Assembly: GCF_000014785.1 (NCBI RefSeq)
Contig: NC_008340.1
Span: 2,760,001 to 2,792,000 of the forward strand
Reading direction: 5' to 3'
DNA: 32,000 nucleotides
DNA from: Alkalilimnicola ehrlichii MLHE-1
Lineage (GTDB): Bacteria; Pseudomonadota; Gammaproteobacteria; Nitrococcales; Halorhodospiraceae
The first letter of the stretch is position 1; each line of letters begins with the position of its first letter. Below are positions 27,602 through 32,000 of the stretch, one piece after another. The notes beneath the pieces are model-generated. The model saw only the letters and a list, made by a program, of their open reading frames with translations. It was not told the DNA's origin and did not search any database. The position numbers and the translations under genes were made by a program.

Positions 27602-29005
27602 TTAGCGGTGCCCGGGCCGCAGGGCGGTCAAGCCCAGCGCCCGGAAGATCCAGGTGGTGCCGGCCAGCAGTGCGGCATCGCCGCCCTTGCGGCCGACCAG
27701 TTGCGCGGCCAGGGGCAAGTCACGCGCCCCCCGTCCGATGGGCAGAGCGACACACGGTGTGCCGAGCAGGGTCCAGGTGCGGTTGAAGAGCGGGTCGCCG
27801 GTGCTCTCCAGCCCTTCCGGTGCCTCGCCCGGCGTGGCCGGGGTGAGGATCAGGTCGTAGTCGGCGAACAGGCCATCGATCACCTGCCCCCAGTGCTCAC
27901 CCAGGGCACAGGCGCGGGCATAGTCGTCGTCGCTGACGGTCCGGCCGAAGGCAAGGAACTCGCTCAGCACCGAACTGAACCCGTCGGCGCAGCGGGCCCA
28001 ATCCTCGGCCAGCGCCTCGCTGCCCTCGCGGGCCATGATCATGCGCTGGGCCTCGACCAATGCCTCCATGCCGGTCGGGAGCTGCGGCTCCTCCACCGCG
28101 ACGCCCAGGCCGGCCAGGGCGTCGGCGAAGCCATCGAGCGCCCGGTGCATATCGGAATCACCCTGGCTCCACATTGGCGTGCGCAGGTAGGCGATCCGGC
28201 GGGGGCGCACCTGCGCCGACGCCTGCACTGCGGGCTCACTGCTCAACGCCTGGCGGGCCAGGCTCAAGTCCTCCGGCCCACGGGCAAAGACACCGACGGT
28301 GTCGAGGGAGCGGGCAAACTCATAGACGCCCGCCCGCGGGATCGCCCCGAACGTGGGCTTGTAGCCAAGCACGCCGTTGAACGCCGCCGGTCGTATCACC
28401 GAGCCGGCCGTCTGGGTGCCCAGGGCCAGGGTCACCTGACCGTCCGCAACGGCGGCCGCTGAGCCGCTGGACGAGCCGCCCGGGGTGTGCCCCGGGTGGT
28501 GCGGATTCCGGGTCGGTCCGGGGGCATAGAAGGCGAACTCGGTGGTCACCGTCTTGCCCAGGATCACGGCACCGGCCCGACGGAGCCGCCGGACGCATTC
28601 CGCCGCACGCAACGGCACGTAGGCCCGATAGAGCGGGCTGCCGTACTCCGTGGCCATATCAGCGGTATCGATGATGTCCTTGATGCCGACCGGCACCCCG
28701 CGCAGCGGCCCGGCCTCATCACCCACCTCGTCGGCCTGCCGCGCCGCCGCCAGGGCCTGGTCGGCCGCGACACAGCTCCAGGCCCGCACCGCGTCATCCC
28801 GGCGCTGGATTCGCTCCAGGCAGGCTTCGACCAGGCCTGCGGAGGTCAGCTCATGGCGGCGGAGACCGTCCACCGCAGCGGCGGCGGTCATCCAGTTGTA
28901 GAGGCCCACGCCACCGGCCCCCGCGCCCCGCCCGTCCGTCTGCCCCAGGGAGGGGCGCTGCAGCGGATGGGAGGCCATACAGGGTTGGAACAAAGACCAG
29001 GACAT
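27602..29005 (-). CDS. Amidase-signature (AS) family amidase
   Basis: GIKDIID lysine region and the signature GGSSSGSAAAVA. ATG at 29005 has GGAGGTG 9 nt upstream. Internal alternatives at 28978 and 28891 lack an SD. Confidence 0.88.
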   Translation of the reverse strand: MSWSLFQPCMASHPLQRPSLGQTDGRGAGAGGVGLYNWMTAAAAVDGLRRHELTSAGLVEACLERIQRRDDAVRAWSCVAADQALAAARQADEVGDEAGPLRGVPVGIKDIIDTADMATEYGSPLYRAYVPLRAAECVRRLRRAGAVILGKTVTTEFAFYAPGPTRNPHHPGHTPGGSSSGSAAAVADGQVTLALGTQTAGSVIRPAAFNGVLGYKPTFGAIPRAGVYEFARSLDTVGVFARGPEDLSLARQALSSEPAVQASAQVRPRRIAYLRTPMWSQGDSDMHRALDGFADALAGLGVAVEEPQLPTGMEALVEAQRMIMAREGSEALAEDWARCADGFSSVLSEFLAFGRTVSDDDYARACALGEHWGQVIDGLFADYDLILTPATPGEAPEGLESTGDPLFNRTWTLLGTPCVALPIGRGARDLPLAAQLVGRKGGDAALLAGTTWIFRALGLTALRPGHR

Positions 29006-29077
29006 TACGCGTCACCTCCGTCGCGTGGGCGGTCATTCGGGGCGGGCCGCCCACGCGGGGCGGCCCGCCGGCAGGGC

Positions 29078-30343
29078 TTACTCGAAGGCGCCTTCAGAGG
29101 CCTCGGCAAACCGGTAGCTCTGGTCCTTGAGCACGCCCGGCACGCCCTTGGGCTTGCGGGCCAGACCGCGGTTGTGACGGGAGGCGATCTTGCGCCAGGT
29201 CACCACCGAGGCGTCCATGTCGGCCAGCTGCTCCTCGTTCCAGCCGGTGCCATCGGCGTAGAAGTTTTGCATGGCGTCGCGGGCGAACAGGTCGCAGTCG
29301 TTGAAGCCGTGCAGGCACATGGGCTTGTAGAGGTTCTCAAAGCGGTACTCGAAGTCCTTGCGCTCCTGCTCGTCCTTGCAGTGCTTGACCAGCACCTCCC
29401 AGTACTCATAGGTGTCGTCGGTAATGGGCACGTACCACTCGTACTGCACCACATGGTCCTCCGGCCAGTTCTCCACCATGAGCACGCCGGGCAGGTACAT
29501 GGAGGTGCGGAAGTAGCGGGGCACGGTGCCCTGCGCCTTCACACCCAGCTTTTCGTTCTCCAGGATCGGTTCGTAGTGGTCCGTGTAGTACCGGTTCAGG
29601 AAGCCCTTGGGGCCGTTGTCGTCCTCGATCAGCGCGATGGCCTGGTCGGTGACCGGTTTCACCCCCAACGGCAGCGCCCAGTCACGGGCGTGCACGATGG
29701 CGTTGTCCTTGTGGATCAGCAGGTGGCCCGGATCAAAGCCGTTCTCGGCCGCCAGTCGCCAGTTGGCGTACCCCTTGCGGTGGATACCGAGGGCAACGGA
29801 GTGCTCGTCCAGCACGCTGGGGGTATCGGGCCAGTAGGGGTGCGGGAAACGCTCGTTGTTCTCCGGATAACGCAGCGGCAGGTCCGCGGCCAGCGGGGGC
29901 ACGTCCTCGTCCCAGTCCTCGTCGCAGACGAACACGAAGATCATGCCGCTGTGCTCCTCGACGGCAAACGTCTGAACGCCGGTGGTGCCGATGATCTCGT
30001 CATCGGGCGCGGCCACGATGGAGACCAGCTTGCCGGAGGCCAGGTCGAAGGTGAAGCCGTGGTACCAGCAGGTGATGGTGTCATCGGTAAGGCACATGGG
30101 TTTGGCCGAAAGCTTCACGCCACGGTGGATGCACTGGTCCTTCAGGGCGTAGACCTTGCCCTTGGAACGACGCAGAACGATGGGCACACCACAGATCTGG
30201 ATGCCCTTGGTATCACCCTCCTCCAGTTCGTGGGTGAACAGGGCCGGGTACCAGTGATTGATGAAACCCCACTCGGCTTCCAGGTAGGGCTGGTACATGC
30301 GCTTGGCCAGCTTGTCGTTGATGACCTTGGGATCGGCAGCCAT
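29078..30343 (-). CDS. Rieske [2Fe-2S] non-heme-iron oxygenase alpha subunit, CarAa/OxoO-like (beta-subunit-less class)
   Basis: Rieske motif CIHRG...CWYHG and iron-site region NWRLAAENGFDPGHLLIHKDN. From memory, GFINHWYP, LPGVLMV, YEWYVPI, DLFARDAM.NFYAD and VTWRKIASRHNRG are colinear with carbazole 1,9a-dioxygenase CarAa. Strong SD GAGGAGG. Confidence 0.8.
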   Translation of the reverse strand: MAADPKVINDKLAKRMYQPYLEAEWGFINHWYPALFTHELEEGDTKGIQICGVPIVLRRSKGKVYALKDQCIHRGVKLSAKPMCLTDDTITCWYHGFTFDLASGKLVSIVAAPDDEIIGTTGVQTFAVEEHSGMIFVFVCDEDWDEDVPPLAADLPLRYPENNERFPHPYWPDTPSVLDEHSVALGIHRKGYANWRLAAENGFDPGHLLIHKDNAIVHARDWALPLGVKPVTDQAIALIEDDNGPKGFLNRYYTDHYEPILENEKLGVKAQGTVPRYFRTSMYLPGVLMVENWPEDHVVQYEWYVPITDDTYEYWEVLVKHCKDEQERKDFEYRFENLYKPMCLHGFNDCDLFARDAMQNFYADGTGWNEEQLADMDASVVTWRKIASRHNRGLARKPKGVPGVLKDQSYRFAEASEGAFE

Positions 30344-30432
30344 TTTTCATCCTCCTCGGATAGTGCGGTGCCCTCTGGGGGGCGTCTCGTGTTAGCCAGC
30401 GGTCGCTTATCGCCGACCGTGCCTACTGTTTA

Positions 30433-30462
30433 GTACATGACAGGATCGTCTGTCAATTGATT
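30433..30462 (-). promoter_or_regulatory. Candidate promoter plus operator of the Rieske/amidase/M20-like unit
   Basis: The minus strand reads ATAAAAAATCAA-TTGACA-gacgatcctgtcaTGtACTAAA, with a perfect -35, an A-tract upstream and a TG-extended weak -10. The inverted repeat TGACAG-N6-CTGTCA (30438-30455) overlaps the -35 and spacer. Confidence 0.4.
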
Positions 30463-30464
30463 TT

Positions 30465-31061
30465 TTATCGATATTCGATGCATTTTGGTTGCAGCCACCC
30501 CGCAAAGGCCCGGGTCAGCAGGGGGAGCAACAGGTAGCTCATCACCGGCACCACCACCCCGGTCACCACCAGCAGGCGCACGGGCAGCGGCAGCGCCATC
30601 AACCAACCGCCGGCCAGGGAGAAGATCAGCCAGAGCAGTGGGAACAGGGCCAGCCATACCAACAGGGCCATCTTGTAACGCGGGGGCTCTGCTCTGGTCG
30701 CGGCCGCCGACGGCCTGCGGCCACAGGTGGACGCGGTGGTACTGACCTTGGTGGGCATGCCGTCGACCAACGACGGCGACCAGAGCTGCCAGCAGCCCCA
30801 GCGGATGGCCACCGCACCGGCCAGATCATCCCAGCGCTGAAACAGCGCTGAGCGGCGCAACCGCTCCAGGCTCTCCTCGCCTTTGAGCCGAAGGAGCAGC
30901 CGGTAGCGGCAGCGTTCCCGGACCAAGTCACAGACCTCCGCCTCGCCACTGCGCTCCACCGCCCGCCGCCATTCCTCGAAGGCCGACAGGAACGCCGGCT
31001 CCTCCCCGCAGCGCACATGCCACTCGCTGCTCAGCCAGATACCGTCTTTCGTGTTGTGCAT
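30465..31061 (-). CDS. ABM (antibiotic-biosynthesis-monooxygenase-like) domain protein with two C-terminal TM helices
   Basis: ATG at 31061 behind GGAGGAGAC. The N-terminal ~110 aa look like a soluble alpha+beta domain. The C-terminus PPRYKMALLVWLALFPLLWLIF...LLVVTGVVVPVMSYLLLPLLTRAFAGWL is typical of membrane-anchored ABM proteins. Confidence 0.6.
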   Translation of the reverse strand: MHNTKDGIWLSSEWHVRCGEEPAFLSAFEEWRRAVERSGEAEVCDLVRERCRYRLLLRLKGEESLERLRRSALFQRWDDLAGAVAIRWGCWQLWSPSLVDGMPTKVSTTASTCGRRPSAAATRAEPPRYKMALLVWLALFPLLWLIFSLAGGWLMALPLPVRLLVVTGVVVPVMSYLLLPLLTRAFAGWLQPKCIEYR

Positions 31062-31120
31062 GTCTCCTCCGGATGCCTCGCATCGATGTCGCCTGCCGGC
31101 CACCTTATCTTTGTTTTTGA

Positions 31121-31149
31121 TTGACGTTCAATAGACTGTCAAGTAATTT
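31121..31149 (+). promoter_or_regulatory. Candidate promoter plus operator of the hydrolase transcription unit
   Basis: TTGACG-N17-TAATTT preceded by a T-tract. The inverted repeat TTGAC-N12-GTCAA (31121-31142) shares TTGAC/CTGTCA half-sites with the Rieske promoter. Confidence 0.35.
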
Positions 31150-31223
31150 TATCTCAACCGCGAACGAAAACCACCCACGACGGTGGCGCGGTGACCCTTA
31201 AACAGGAGGAAGGAGAGCGCACG

Positions 31224-32000
31224 ATGACGCAGAACCCCGAAATCGGCCTGTTCCACGAGGCCGACGGCATCAAGACCAACTACCACGACGTGGGCGATGG
31301 CCACCCGGTCGTGCTCCTGCACGGCTCCGGGGCCGGCGTGACCGCCTGGGCCAACTGGATGGGACTGATCCCGGAGTTGTCCCAGGAACGCCGGGTGGTG
31401 GCACCGGATCTGGCCGGTTTCGGCTACACCGAGGTGCCCGACGATATCGAGTACCGCTTCATGGACACCTGGGTGGACCAGATGGTCCGACTGCTCGACG
31501 CCCTGGAGATCGAGCGCACCGACCTGGTGGGCAATTCCTTCGGCGGCACGCTGGCCATCGCCCTGGCAGTGCACCACCCGGAGCGGGTGCGGCGCATGGT
31601 CCTGATGGGCAGCGGCGGCCAGCCCTTCACCGTCAGCCCGGAGCTGGAGGCGCTGTGGGGCTATACCCCGTCGTTCGAGAACATGCGCCGCATTCTCGAC
31701 ATCATGGCCTTCGACCGCTCGCTGGTGACCGACGACATCGCCGATATCCGCTACCGGGCCACCATCCGTCCCGGGGTGCAGGAGCGGTTCGAGCGCATCT
31801 TCCCGCCACCCCGCCAGCGTTGGGCCGATGCCACCGTGTTCTCTGATGAGCAGCTCGCCGGCATCGACCACGAGACCCTGATCCTGCACGGCCGCGAGGA
31901 CCGGGTGGTGCCGGTCGCTGTCTCCGAGCAGCTGTTCCGAAAGATCGACCGGGCCCAACTGCACATCTTTGGCCGTTGCGGGCACTGGACCCAGATCGAG
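31224..32000 (+). CDS. Meta-cleavage-product (C-C bond) hydrolase, alpha/beta-hydrolase fold (BphD/CarC/TodF-like); C-terminus beyond the window; not in the supplied ORF track
   Basis: Hand translation from ATG 31224 (SD AGGAGGAAGGAG) gives 259 codons with no stop to position 32000: MTQNPEIGLFHEADGIKTNYHDVGDGHPVVLLHGSGAGVTAW...LVGNSFGG...LILHGREDRVVP...FGRCGHWTQIE. This supplies the Ser, Asp and His triad motifs. Confidence 0.88.
   Translation, partial: MTQNPEIGLFHEADGIKTNYHDVGDGHPVVLLHGSGAGVTAWANWMGLIPELSQERRVVAPDLAGFGYTEVPDDIEYRFMDTWVDQMVRLLDALEIERTDLVGNSFGGTLAIALAVHHPERVRRMVLMGSGGQPFTVSPELEALWGYTPSFENMRRILDIMAFDRSLVTDDIADIRYRATIRPGVQERFERIFPPPRQRWADATVFSDEQLAGIDHETLILHGREDRVVPVAVSEQLFRKIDRAQLHIFGRCGHWTQIE

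Noticed and set aside
29041-29069. 12-bp GC hairpin (GGCGGGCCGCCC / GGGCGGCCCGCC) between the Rieske and amidase genes as a terminator
   Set aside because: No U-tract follows on the transcribed (minus) strand. More likely an intercistronic stabiliser or processing hairpin; not called as a terminator.
26243-30433. 739-aa and 648-aa plus-strand ORFs (26243..28462 and 28487..30433)
   Set aside because: Antisense shadows of the M20-like, amidase and Rieske genes. The minus-strand frames carry the family signatures, the SD sites and a terminator.
31149-31985. 278-aa minus-strand ORF listed in the track
   Set aside because: It is antisense to a well-supported plus-strand alpha/beta-hydrolase gene with an SD, an ATG and catalytic motifs. 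The product is low-complexity and Gly/Ala/His/Val/Asp/Leu-rich with no recognisable motifs.

Overview
This is a GC-rich (about two-thirds G+C by eye, not computed) gammaproteobacterial-type chromosomal window. All coordinates were derived by hand (+/- a few nt), and no database search was possible. Most of it is housekeeping genes in conserved synteny. From the left: the tail of a molybdoenzyme operon (FeS subunit and a TorD-like chaperone), then a translationally coupled heme-sensor histidine kinase / REC-HD-GYP pair. Next come DUF2007 and MAPEG genes, bioBFHC, comF, ubiC-ubiA, and gmk-rpoZ-spoT-ridA-recG (transcribed on the minus strand). These are followed by yicC, rph-rdgB-hemW-CPXCG-rof and a periplasmic-binding-domain GGDEF-EAL protein. 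From about 26.2 kb there is an accessory catabolic cluster: a divergent M20-like protein, an amidase, a CarAa-type Rieske oxygenase and an ABM/membrane protein. It also contains a meta-cleavage-type C-C hydrolase that runs off the right edge and is missing from the supplied ORF track. The most unusual signals are non-coding. (1) Three copies of a 198-214-nt nested palindrome have an essentially invariant 126-nt core. Their outer (36-44 bp) and inner (12 bp) stems differ between copies yet are perfectly self-complementary within each copy. One copy sits in the bioB leader and two bracket recG in inverted orientation. (2) A second family of GC-rich quasi-palindromic units fills three consecutive intergenic regions around gmk and yicC, including a 4-copy tandem array with a 91-92 bp period between gmk and rpoZ. 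Many long ORFs in the track are antisense or alternate-frame shadows typical of high-GC DNA and were rejected.
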